A stretch of 58,232 bases of DNA, the filler included, from Sphacelaria rigidula (taxonomy: Eukaryota), in the NCBI GenBank assembly GCA_964200075.2. It is 9 parts of 9 records of this genome, joined end to end, with 100 filler letters (N's around TTAATTAATTAA, not from the genome) between each part and the next. Parts side by side here need not be neighbours in the genome. Positions count along the whole stretch, not along the records: positions 1 to 6,382 come from CAXNAA020020424.1; positions 6,483 to 12,864 come from CAXNAA020020425.1; 7 more parts are not named here. One strand, 5' to 3'. Below are positions 1-11,101 of the stretch, piece by piece; the stretch's first letter is position 1; every line of letters starts with the position of its first letter. A program made the translations under genes and the position numbers. Under the pieces are notes generated by a model. The model was not told the DNA's origin, did no database searches, and saw nothing but the letters and a program-made list of their open reading frames with translations.

Positions 1-72
1 AACGACGATCTGACTCGAAATTTCGAGCAGCAAATGGCCCAAAATATCCCCCCCCCTCTCGTAGGATGACTC
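1..72. mobile_element. Terminal fragment (TIR) of a GAG..CTC DNA transposon inserted into a MITE
   Basis: The reverse complement reads GAGTCATCCTACGAGAGGGGGGG, the same terminus seen at 6317 and 25790. It abuts the middle of a MITE-A copy. Confidence 0.65.
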
Positions 73-353
73 GATCACCGAAATGTTGGGGTCCTAGCTA
101 AAAAAACAATTTTTGGGAGTTCCGGGCGTCCGAACTGACGCCAAAATGGTTCCGAGTTTTTTCCCACCTAGGACTCCAACATTTCGATGATCGATATCCA
201 AATTTTTACGGCGTTTAGCGGTTGTCAATACATATCGGTAGATGAAGAAATGGAACCATATTTCGAAGATTTGGTGTGGATACGAAGATTTTGATTCTCC
301 GGGTTTCTCATCCCCAATAAAATATCCATCCCCAATTCGTAAGATCCCGTGTT
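73..353. mobile_element. Right half of palindromic MITE family A, inserted in Gypsy pol
   Basis: Matches the right part of the full copies at 29063-29505, 29911-30347 and 57133-57577. Ends GATCCCGTGTT, and pol-like codons resume immediately after. Confidence 0.85.
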
Positions 354-3300
354 CTTGCTCAAACGCTAAAACCCCTCACCACCCTCCTCGAAAAAGGGGT
401 GAAATTTGTGTTCACTTCGGAAATGTGAAAAACCGTCCGCCGCCTTCTTTACACCCTTTCGCACCCGCCGATTCTCGTCATCCCCGACTGGTCGGCCGCG
501 GAGCAGAGTTCCCGCCCTTTCCGGCTCCACACAGGTTCTTCCAAAATTGGGTTTGGCTGCACATTAGAACAGGAGCAAGTCGATGCTACTGGTCGTCCCA
601 TTGTCTATCTGGGTCGCACCACTTTTCCGAATGAACAGAATTGGTCTGTCGTGGAACAAGAGGCCGGCGCAGTTGTTTGGGGCGTGCGCCGTCTGCGTCA
701 GTATTTGTATGGCATCCCGTTTGTGATTTATACCGACCATAAGTCTTTGGAAAGCCTTACCAAAATGGTGGAACACAAAGCTTGGGTACAACACTGGTTC
801 GAAATCCTGTCGTCTTACATCTTCCAGTTGAAATCCCGCACAGGCCCGCAAAATGCAAACGCCGACTTTCTGTCGCGATTCCGCCATGGGACGTATCACC
901 GCTCCCACCGAAGACATTGTATATTTCATTAGCAGGAATGGGCATAGAGGTCTCTACACACCACTTTCACTGAGAGAAACGCCGGCGATAGGCATGGGTG
1001 GGCTGACGACCACAGCCCACGCATCAGTTCCAGGCAACTTGCAAACTCAATCGTTGCACTCAGTTTGGAATGGATTGCCTACGAATACTGTTGGCTATGA
1101 TCATTTTCGTGCAACTGGCTAGCGCATGGTTTTTGCAGCAGGTGTAAAACCGTCCTTTGCTGACTCCGCCTTACCAGTTCAAGTTTGAGATTCGATTTCG
1201 AGTAGGACTCGTGGACGGCGAACCGCCGAAACGGCCACCAAATTAGCCGTTTCTGGTCCTGACCTTCACGTCCCTGCCCCCACCGCGGTCCCCGATAGTT
1301 CCCTTGCGCCTCCTCAACCTCCACGACGCACGGCCCCCAGAAAATCGACCCCGACCGTGCCGCCCCTGCCAACCATAGCCGAAGCCATGGTTATGCCCCC
1401 CTCCATTGGTGATGATATTGCAAACACTATAACAACACCCTCCACGCTAATTGACGCAGGAGTAGACGTTAACGTTCCGTCTGAGAGTACACCAAGTGGT
1501 AGGCTCACCCTTGATTCCGAAATCACCGCTTCGTGCCAACCCCGCCCCGAACCGACCCAACACGAAGTAGACGCTTCAATAGATGGCGTATTCAAGGAAC
1601 GTTTGACGCTCTTCTCCCACGCCAATTGGGCCCGGGAACAACAGGCAAAACCTGCTTGTAAATCAGCTATCCATTATCTATCTAAAGAGTGCCCATGTCC
1701 ATTCTCAGAAACCGAATTCCTTTTGCCAGTCGGAAATCTCAAAGCGCCCACACAGGATGAAGTTACTGAACTTTCGAGGAAAGGTTTGCTGCATACGGGT
1801 GATGATGGTATAGTTCTGCTAGTTCGCCGGCCCACAGCACCTCCCCAGGGGGGAGCCTACAAGTCGACATGCCCGCTTGCAAGGTGATGAACCCATCCGC
1901 ATCTATGTCCCGATGCTCCTGCGCCCATGGGTTCTACACGAATGCCATTCACAGGCATCGACTCATTTAGGCGCCATTAGGACCTCCCAAATGTTGGAAC
2001 GTTTAATTGGTGGATTTGTATGGATCAGTGTTGTTGGTGGGTGAGGCGTTGTCTTTTGTGTCATGCGCGAAAAGGTTCTCGTCAAACAGTTCGTTGGCCG
2101 ATTGTTTCCATGCCACTCCCAAACGGGCCTGGTGAAGTAGTTTCGTAGGACTATTTTGGTCCTTTTTCCCTAACAGATTGTGGTAATAAGTATATTTTGT
2201 TGTTTACCGATAAATTTAGTCGGCATGCGGTTATGCACGCTGTCCCCCCCAGCAGTTATACCGCGGAAGGTACCGCCAACATTCTTGTCTACGTGTACAT
2301 CCCACAGTGGGGTGTGCCCAAACGTTTACTGTCTGACAGCGGCCCACATTTTTCACGCAAACTTTCAGCCGCCGTCAGTGACCTTTTGGGTGCCCATCGC
2401 ATCAATTACTAGTTCACATCACCCTTCCACCAATGATGCAACGGAACGAGTGAACCATACGACGGCACAGATGCTTGCTGCTGTAGCAAATGAGACAGAT
2501 GGACTGGGATCTGCATCTGCCCCTTGTCCAAATGAACTACGACAACTCAGTCAATGCTTCTACGGGATTGTCACCGAATGAAAGTCATATTGGTCGCATG
2601 CCTAGGTTACCTTTAACGGTATTCGAACGCAAAAATACAGGCGGACATCAAAGTGTGAATCGTGATGCTGTAGAGTATCATTTGTCGGTTAGCAATCGTC
2701 TTCGTCTTGCATATGAAGTGGTACGAGAACAGAACCAAATGAATTTGGCCAAGATGGCCAGGGCGAACTCGATGTTGGATGATGCGGTACATAACCGCCC
2801 GGTGTGGAAGGTAGGTCAATGGTCATGGGTGTATTACGATGTGAAGACCATCAATCAAGGAGCTAGTACGAAATCATCATCAAGCAACTGCCGCTAGGGC
2901 TTAGCCAGTATGTGTTGGCCAAGTATGCGATCAAAACTCCGCCGTATCATATGACGACCGAGGATTCGGACGCACCCCTGGAACACGTTGAGGTAGATAG
3001 AAATTCGGGACATCAACTGGTTCGCGGTCGTGAAGGTAAGATCGCGGTAATGTATCAAACACATTGGAAGGGTATCATGCGGGTTACATGGGAGCGCGAA
3101 GTTGATTTGCGTCATTTTCGTTGGGAAATATTGCTGTACTGGGTAGGAGATACCGTCCAACACCGCCCGTTGAGTAAGAGATATCGGTCGATGCGCAAGG
3201 GAGCTGCCGCTCGGCAACTGGCACGTGAGCACTCAGCGCGGTTTGTTGTAACAGGCTATAGCCTTTTTTCCGGGTCCACAGCACATGCAATCTTTTCACG

Positions 3301-3581
3301 GAAAACGCTTGCCGAAGGGGGCGCACTTTTGGTATAAGGCCTTGGATTCACTGTGGTGGTTGGGCAAAATTCATTTGGTCGATCCTGCATCTGACCACTT
3401 CTACTTGATCCGTTTCCTCGATGACCCGAGCCTCCTTAAGATTCGCTTGGATGATGCCTACTACACCGAGGAGCCGACCGCTCGGAGGGGATCCTGGTGC
3501 CTCCAACGACACGACCAAGGCAATCTCGACAAAACCGATCTACGGAACACGGACACCGCTTGGGATGCAGATTACTCATGA
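354..3581 (+). pseudogene. pol: Gypsy pol pseudogene: RT connection, RNase H, Pro/Ser/Thr-rich spacer, HHCC zinc finger, DDE integrase, chromo-like and PWWP-like C-terminus
   Basis: LKPLTTLLEKGVKFVFT; RPIVYLGRTT..EAGAVVWGVRRLRQYLYG.PFVIYTDHKSL..NANADFLSR (RNase H); HECH..HLG..CLLC; YILLFTDKFSR..GVPKRLLSDSGPHF..HPSTN..ERVNHT (integrase). Many stops and frameshifts. Confidence 0.92.
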
Positions 3582-4357
3582 TGCCGCATCCAAATCTGCT
3601 TCCTCGTTCACCTTGCGTAGTGTACCACGTTCGAGTCGCTTGTCTTGTACCGTAGCGTCGTTGGAAAACCATGTGTTTCCCCCCCCCCTTCATTTGTTTT
3701 CGTACTGATTAGCCCCGAACTTGTAGTGGTTGTATGTTGTGTTTCGTCTTTTGTTTTTGTATTTTGTATTTTGTTTTTGTTTTTTTGTGTTTTGTTTTGT
3801 TTTGGGCTTTCAACTCTGATTTTTTCCTTTGCCTTTAAGTCATTTTGTTTTTATTTGTTTTGTCTTTGTTTCTTTTTTCTTCCCTTCTTCTTTTCTTCTC
3901 TTTTCGCCTCGTGTTTTGTTTTCGACATTTTTTCTCGTGTTCAATGAGTAATTTTCATGGTTATTTCTGGGTTCATCTGGCACAGTACAAGTGACGACCG
4001 TTCCATTCCTGACCCCCGCGTCTGGAACCTTGAATCTCCGTCCTCCGCGCCGTACATTCACGACCATTCCGTATACTGGGACAGTTGCCACGAGTTATTA
4101 TTTATTTCTTTATTATCCTTCATTATACGCACCTTTTGTCTTGCTTTGTTTCTTATATGGTTTTATCTTTATTTTGTTTGTTTTTGGTGAAGGATTTTCG
4201 GAGAGAGCGCTAGACGTACCTGACGCCCACGTCTGGAATGATTGCGCTCTTGTTCAATCGCTCCGTACGCGAATACCCCCTCCCTCTTCGGGATCGGTCG
4301 TGGCGTGCCCCTTTTTTGTGTGCGTATCACGTTGAGTTCTAAATTAACATAGGCGAT

Positions 4358-4613
4358 GAGGGATGCTACGGTAGGGGTACACAAATATCTTCTGAGGTTA
4401 AATTTGTTAGGAGCTCTTTATCTCATCCAGAACAAGACTTATAAAAATATGCGAGACACACCAGGATGACTATTCTAATGTGCTGGGGATATCCCGAATT
4501 AATTTTCAAACGGGGATGCCCTGACCCATATTCTTGTGCGTCTAGAATCGTGAGGATCCTCTGAACCAGACATTATTTCGCGAAAAAAGTGCACCCCTAC
4601 CGTAGCATTGCTC
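4358..4613. mobile_element. 256-bp MITE with GAG..CTC termini and 4-bp TSD CGAT (Sola2-like)
   Basis: TIRs GAGGGATGCTACGGTAGGGGT / CACCCCTACCGTAGCATTGCTC. CGAT is on both sides, and the empty site with a single CGAT is in Gypsy copy 2 (49253-49256). Confidence 0.9.
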
Positions 4614-4953
4614 CGATAGTAGTAACCGAAGCCGAGTGCCTGATATGTTTTGACCTTCTTGGCTGAAAAGTTTGACCCTACTTGCTCCGTACACACGATA
4701 ACCGCTCCCGTTTACAAGGACGTTTACCACGTATTGTTTTTCTGCTTTATGTTGCAGATATTTCGTTTTCACTGTTGCCCAGCGTGCCCCTGGTCTTGTA
4801 TTTATTTTGGTTTTGGTTTCTGCGTCTATGTCGGGAATTTCGCCATGAGTGTTCCAACCTTCCTGACCCTCGAGTCTAGAAGACTTGGCCTACTTTGTTT
4901 TGCCAGTCCTGCGCGCGTGTGACCGACCTCGTTTATTGGAGGGTCACGGGTGA

Positions 4954-5697
4954 TGCGACGCGATAATTTATACTTTGTTGATTGGTGAGTAACAACGAGG
5001 TCATCACTGGCCGCGTCGTACACAGCGGTGTTGAAGAATTGTCATTAAAGTCGCGGTATAATCGGTTGCAAACGTCTCCTCATACAGGACCATTACGTAT
5101 CATGATATAGTAGATTGCTCTTCCAGAGCTGTCCGTTCCGCCATGTCGATACTCGACCGTTGGTACATACAGCCTACTGGCTCAGAGTCCGCCACTCGCT
5201 ATTTTTTTCTGTCACTTTTACCAGTTTTTTGCGTACGGTTACCCGCCCCTGAAATCGGCCGGTGGTGTTTTGTTTTTATCAGGGATTATTGGATGAAGTA
5301 ACGTGACTGTACGACCGGCTGTGGTTTTTACTCCAGTTTGTGTTCGGGTCAGTCTCGTTTTAGTCCGAACGGGCAAATACTGTGAGGAGTGGGCTGCGTT
5401 GGTCCTCTCTGTCCTGAGTATTTGTCGTGGTTCAGAAATATGTTGGGCGATCCGCCTCGGAACTACGTAGTAGGCTCGAAGGTTGTGTACTGACTTCACT
5501 ACGTTTCTTTTGACGTTTACGGACACCTGACCTCACAAACCGGTCGTTTGTGTTCGTATTTCGTCGTGTGAGGGAAAAAAAGAAAAGGGCTGGACGACTG
5601 GATCATCACCCAGACGTCCCAAGCAAGTTGTTGCTCTCACAAACATGTACCGACAATTAGCTCACGTCAAACGGGTTGATTTATCCGTATCATGCTA
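4954..5697 (+). repeat. 3' LTR of Gypsy copy 1 (about 745 bp)
   Basis: Starts TGCGACGCGATA after GGAGGGTCACGGG. Homology to copy 2 ends at about 5697. Confidence 0.75.
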
Positions 5698-6316
5698 TTT
5701 GTTTTTTTTCCAACGTGTGGTTATGGCGGGAAACTACATTTTTCGCGACGAAATCGGCTATCCGTTGTTGGCTTCTGCTGATTGACTGGGACGAGTGATC
5801 AGCATGAACTTGGTTATCGGAGTGATGAAATACCTTACCGGGTTTGCTTGTTTTTCTACCAGTACCTCAAACAAATCGGCCAGCCAGAGAAGAGTGAACC
5901 ATTATATTCACGATATGGTTATGGCAGAGTAGGATGATCGTTTCAATGATAGGTCTCTGATTACCTGTGGCTATCCCGGAAATGCTCACGGCATTCTGAG
6001 GACTCGCATTTTTTTGGTATATGGTTTTGATCGTTGATTTTTTATTTTTGTGCTTTGTTTTTGGAATTCCCATGGCTCCGCCCGAATACGAATCATGAGG
6101 ACACTGAATTCTTGTATTGGTTCGATTTTTTCCCTCTTTGCGTTGTTTTTGTGCTTGTGTGTGTGTTTTCCTTGTTTTCCTGGTTGGTCGTACCTTACCG
6201 TTCCCCGTACCGAAGAATACTCGATCTTTGAAATGAGTCTCAGTTTTCTGTGGTGATGCAAGTTCGTCCCTTCTGAAAAGAAACTGCCCTTGGACGATCC
6301 AGGGTGGGCTATTGTG

Positions 6317-6382
6317 GAGTCATCCTACGATAGGGGGGGGGGTATTTGGTTGCACGAAAAAAGAGGCTCATAAGGAGAGCGG
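6317..6382. mobile_element. Terminus of a GAG-TIR DNA transposon at contig end
   Basis: GAGTCATCCTACGATAGGGGGGGGGTATTTGGTTGCAC, identical to 25790-25827. Confidence 0.7.
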
Positions 6383-6482
6383 NNNNNNNNNNNNNNNNNN
6401 NNNNNNNNNNNNNNNNNNNNNNNNNNTTAATTAATTAANNNNNNNNNNNNNNNNNNNNNNNNNNNNNNNNNNNNNNNNNNNN
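6383..6482. other. Artificial 100-bp contig linker (N-TTAATTAATTAA-N); also at 12865, 19347, 25828, 32309, 38790, 45271, 51752
   Basis: Identical linker with stops in all frames. The intervening contigs are all 6381-6382 bp. Confidence 0.98.
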
Positions 6483-6783
6483 AGCGATCTGGGATTTTTT
6501 CTCACACCATGCCCAACAGTGGAGAGCGACAATGTCGTGGGTACACAATATTCGACTCAACAGTCGACGAGGGAAAGGGACTGCTGTGCCCCTCTCGCGA
6601 TAAAAAAATAAAAAATAAAGGCAAGCACCGCAGAAGGAAGGTGGAGTACTAAAACAAACAAAAAAGAAAAAACTCCTGTGTTGACCTTCCTCCTGTGTGA
6701 CCCCGGCTGGTGCGCCCACATATACCGAAAGGTGTAGACCGGCGTCCAGAATAGATGGGACGACAACACAAACACACAACACA
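6483..6783 (+). mobile_element. SINE-like repeat body with CA/CAA-rich tail
   Basis: The 5' part (GGGATTTTTTCTC..CAGTGGAGAGCG..GTGGGTACACAA..GTCGACG) resembles the body of the tRNA-headed SINE at 52003-51852. Ends in ACAACACAAACACACAACACA. Confidence 0.6.
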
Positions 6784-7634
6784 TAGCCCCTATAGTGCAC
6801 ACACCATCACTGACTGCACAGCCTTCGAACTGCTACAAAGTCATGCTTGTGCAACATCTGAAACTTGTGTGAGTTGTCATACCACAGTAACCTTGCTTTT
6901 CATCTGCTGCACCAAAAATGTTGGGTTGATGAATTGATGAATTGTCATATGTTGTTTCAACGCTCAGAGGAGTAATAATGAAAATAAAAATGCTTTAACG
7001 TGCCAAAAAATTGTGATCATCAGTATCTCGCGCAAGTCGTATTCTTCCCCGTTTTCTTATGAGTCGAAATATCAAGAACAAAAAGTAAACACAAACTCCA
7101 CAACGATTGATTGCCCACATCCACTACAGTCAAATAATCCATCTACTGAATACATTGATTAATCATGTACTGCTTCCACTTCAAAACCCCTTTCCCTCAC
7201 GAAATGGTGCTTTAAGCCCCCGCTATTTTGACCGCTACCATTCCTATCCCGTATCCTGTGAAGGATAATTCGCTCTTCTGGTCGCTAAGTATCCCGATGC
7301 GGAACACTCACGGAACATTCCGCGTCGTGGTAGGATCGTACTCAACTATCCTATTATATCGCATTCCGGTGGTTTACTTGATTTAACTGACACCAATTAC
7401 GTTGGAAGAATGCAAACTGGATTACCGGTAAATGCGATTGGGCTGCTTCTTGACTAGTTTCTGGTATCCCCAATCAAAACGTTGGGAAATAAATAGCAAA
7501 GAACTTTGATTCGACGAGAGGCAATGCCGTGCGATAGTGCTGATTCCATCCGCGATACCAAAATATCAAGCAGGCATGGGGTGTACTCATGATCATGCAT
7601 AAGACCATAGCAGGCACGGGGGGGGGGGGGGGGG

Positions 7635-8600
7635 AAGCGTCCTCATTTGTTGCTTGCCTTAGTCGTTGGACCATTGACCCCGCATCTTTTTCGAGACGGA
7701 GCACCGTTCCTACTCCTAGTAGAGGCACCTCCAACATTCTGGCGCTCATTACGTTCAGCAGGCACGGGGGGCAGAGATGTGTTGATTCCTTGAGATCACG
7801 CAATCGCCCCGAGGAAGGGAAGGGGTTCAAAGTGTTGTTACGACATAAAATAGCTCAGAGCAACCAATCTCGAGCAAATCATATTTGTACGACACACAAG
7901 CACGCAGCATCGTGCTCACCATGAGGACTCTCTGATACCCTCACAACCACGACGACACTCCTTGCGACTAGGTTTGTTTGAACGGTCCCGTTTTTTACGG
8001 TTTCTGCAAGCTGAAGGTTTCTGTAGCACCGAGTACCAATAGGCATCCAGAAGCCCACGGCGTGGCCAGCTGGTAGATCGCACGATTGAAGCCACCAATA
8101 TTCCCTCGTCGCGACTTGCTGCGGCGCGTATATGCACCTGCTGCGGGGCAGTTCGCGCCAACGCATCAACTTTTACTCTGACGGATTAGGGACTGACAAC
8201 CAGTGGCCCATCTTCGCTTGGACCATCTGGTCCTGCCACGTCAATGGGTTGACCAGCAGATTACACCGTTCGTATGCTTGAACCTTGGACCACGATGCGG
8301 GTAGTCCATCTGGATCACAATACTTTTTCAAGTGAAATCGATGCCGTTTCAACAGGTTACCTACCGTCGCGGTCAAAGGGTTAACATGGTTAGAACTTTG
8401 AAAAGTCATATCTTCAATGGGAGTCGGTCCAGCGAATTCAACCCGACTCTCCCAGACGGTACTCCAATATACCCCCATTTCAGAGTACAAGTACTCTGCA
8501 GCATACTCAAAGTCCACCTGAACAGCTATGTCCACACTCGGCACCTCATCCTGTCCCGTATAGCCTGCGAGAGCTGCGCAAGGCCATTAACTGTAATGCA
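7635..8600 (-). mobile_element. Degraded coding-like retroelement remnant ending in a dispersed 3'-end repeat
   Basis: Successive broken minus-strand ORFs (8544-8173, 8169-7879, 7830-7474). The last ~60 bp recur at about 35596-35657 and, in part, at 32409-32430. No diagnostic domain recognised. Confidence 0.35.
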
Positions 8601-11101
8601 GCCCGCATCATTGTCGAAAAACTGAGTAGAAAAATAGTTCAACTCAGAGGCACGAGGGGCTGTGAAGATGACCGGCATGGGTTCCATTCGGTTCACATGT
8701 TTGAAATGTAACTAGGATACCCACTTCGTTCGTACCAGTATCTCCAGTACATGGTCAGAGCATGCTTTGTCTTCTCGCAAAAGCGTATCTTCTATTACAA
8801 CCGCGTGCTGCGGTGGCGCTGTAGGAAAGAAGTATCAAATTGGAAATATCACTTGGGGCAAACAACACGCAGTCATACACCCCCGTGGCTGGTCATATTG
8901 CTGAAGAGGTGGCTTACACTGAACAAGGGATTCAGCTGAACCGACAAACCAAAGTTGCGAGACGGTTCGGCAGCTCAGCAACGAGAGAAAATCAAGTCAA
9001 CACGAGCAGGACGAGGGTTGAGAAGAGGGGACTACCAACTGCCAACTGGAACATGACATATTTTACACTACGTGCGTCCAGCGAAACGCCTCTTCTCGTA
9101 CGGTCGATACCACCCGTACATATACGCGCCGAGCCGGAGCTTGAGAGACGCGCTACGTAGTTCAGCGGGGTTAGATGTCTTCATCGCACCAGGCACATCG
9201 CACCAGGCACGCCATGTATTGGTTTTTCAGGTTGGTTAGGGTAGCTCGAAAAAAAATGTACCCTGTTAATTTTGTTATTTTTTATTTTATTTTTACTTCC
9301 TCTTATTTCTTTTCTCCCATTTTTGTTGCTCACATGTTTCTCGTTAGTTTACGGTATTGTCTTCCCATTGTCCAAAAACAAAATACAAACCAAACACTCA
9401 AAAACCGAACAACCAAATCTATACCATACCCCAACCCAACCAATTTACAAGTCTTTCATTCATCCCCATTTTAAATTATTTTTTCCTGTTTTTATTTGTT
9501 CCATCTGTTTTTCTCTTATTTTCCCTTTCTCGCGTTATCTTCAACGGTTGCTTCTGTTTTGGTTCAACTGGTGTGTAATTCTCGAACTCTTTCGTTGCTC
9601 TTGTGGTCACGACTGGATCCGTCGGGGGTCAGATACTGTAATACTGTATAATACCCTACGATGTACAATACTGTGTAAAACTGTAGCACTGTTGTAAATT
9701 TGTAAATGTGCGGCCATTAAGAAGTTAAAACCAAACTCCATGAACATCCGAAACCATGCGAAACTTGCATCATGAACCACACGCAAGATACAAGCTCAAA
9801 CGTATTGGTGAGCACACGCTGCTTGTGAGATATTATAACTGTCGCAATAGATCCAGCTGTATTTGCACACGACGTTCCAGCCCACAGTCCCAGTCGCAAG
9901 CCAGTACATCAATAACCCAGCAGTACAAAACTGCCCAGACACACGTAGGTCAACGCAGGATAGCACCCCCCTATCACGTGCTTTTTGACAAGATCATAAA
10001 AAAACGTGGGTCACGTTGAGGCCAAAATTGGGTTCCTCCCTGCAAAGATTTTATCGGAATGTTTCGAATAGCGGGGTATCTTGGGAGTTACACGTTCAGA
10101 GCTTCGAAATCATGGACTTTGGACAGAATAAGTGATACTCGGAAGATGTCATACTTGGCCCCTCCTCACCCCCGGGTCTTCTCCGTAGACTTGCATGATC
10201 ACATCGCCAGCAGCGCGAGCGATGTCTACAATTCCAGCAACATCGACGCAGCCCAACGATTTTTCTCTCTCCAGATGCATAGGTCCGCAGGTAGTATGTA
10301 CAATGTACAGTGCAGCGCAGTGGTATCACAAGGGCGCGGGGGGAGACAAAAGCCTCAGAGTCCTTGCAGCTGTCGTGTGGTCTCCATGCTGGTTTTGATT
10401 GGCTGGAGTTTGCGGTGTATTTCACGACAGTGCTGCGGTTCCGCCGCATGTTTTCCTCATTGATTCTACATGTTACGGTATCGTGTATTTCTCGAGAAGA
10501 TAAGAGCCCTGATCTCCCGGAAGGTCGTCCTACCCGAGAAAATTTTCTATTCATTTTCATCTAGGTTGATTTGGGCGCAGTGGCGTCGGTACCATTTTCG
10601 ATTGTTGAGCAATTCGAGATTGAAATACTGTTGACTCGGGGGTGTTATACTCCATCACGAGCACTGTAGGTTGTTGGTTTGTCAAGGCGGCCACAGACTC
10701 CCAAATAGCGCAGTGCGGTGTGTGATGGCTTTATGGCGCGATTTGGAGCGTCGACGATGTGGTATTCTTAGCCCGTCGTCCACTGCGGATCGAGTACGCT
10801 CTGCACGTCTCAGGTGTGACCTTTGCGGAAAGCTGTCTGAAGAAGATGTTTCGTTTTTCAGCATTAAGGTTACGGTGTATAACACTCTGCCAAGGGTACT
10901 GCATTTTTGGTTATTTGACGTTCTTATATCGTGTTCTAACGAAACAAGACAAGTGTTATTGGCAGAGTGTTATACACCGTAACCTATTGAAATGATGGTG
11001 CACAACTTCATTGTCACGAGAAATCACGCGCCGTTCCAATCTAGTGGCAAAAAATGGTGATACGCACTGAAGATGCGGTGACGGTAACAACGCGCGAACA
11101 G

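Larger units (their letters stand above)
354..5697 (+). mobile_element. Ty3/Gypsy LTR retrotransposon, 3' part (copy 1, decayed)
   Basis: Order is RT connection, RNase H, integrase, long 3' UTR, purine-rich tract, LTR. Collinear with the copy at 45526-50320. Confidence 0.92.

Noticed and set aside
4000..4250. Hammerhead ribozyme (CTGA..GAA)
   Set aside because: Lacks the CUGANGA core, the GAAA and the three-stem junction.
3645..4335. Hydrophobic ORFs as a retroviral env-like gene
   Set aside because: The Phe/Leu/Cys richness is due to T-rich UTR sequence, and the frames are not conserved between the two copies.
6427..6438. Recurrent TTAATTAATTAA motif
   Set aside because: Artificial assembly linker embedded in Ns.
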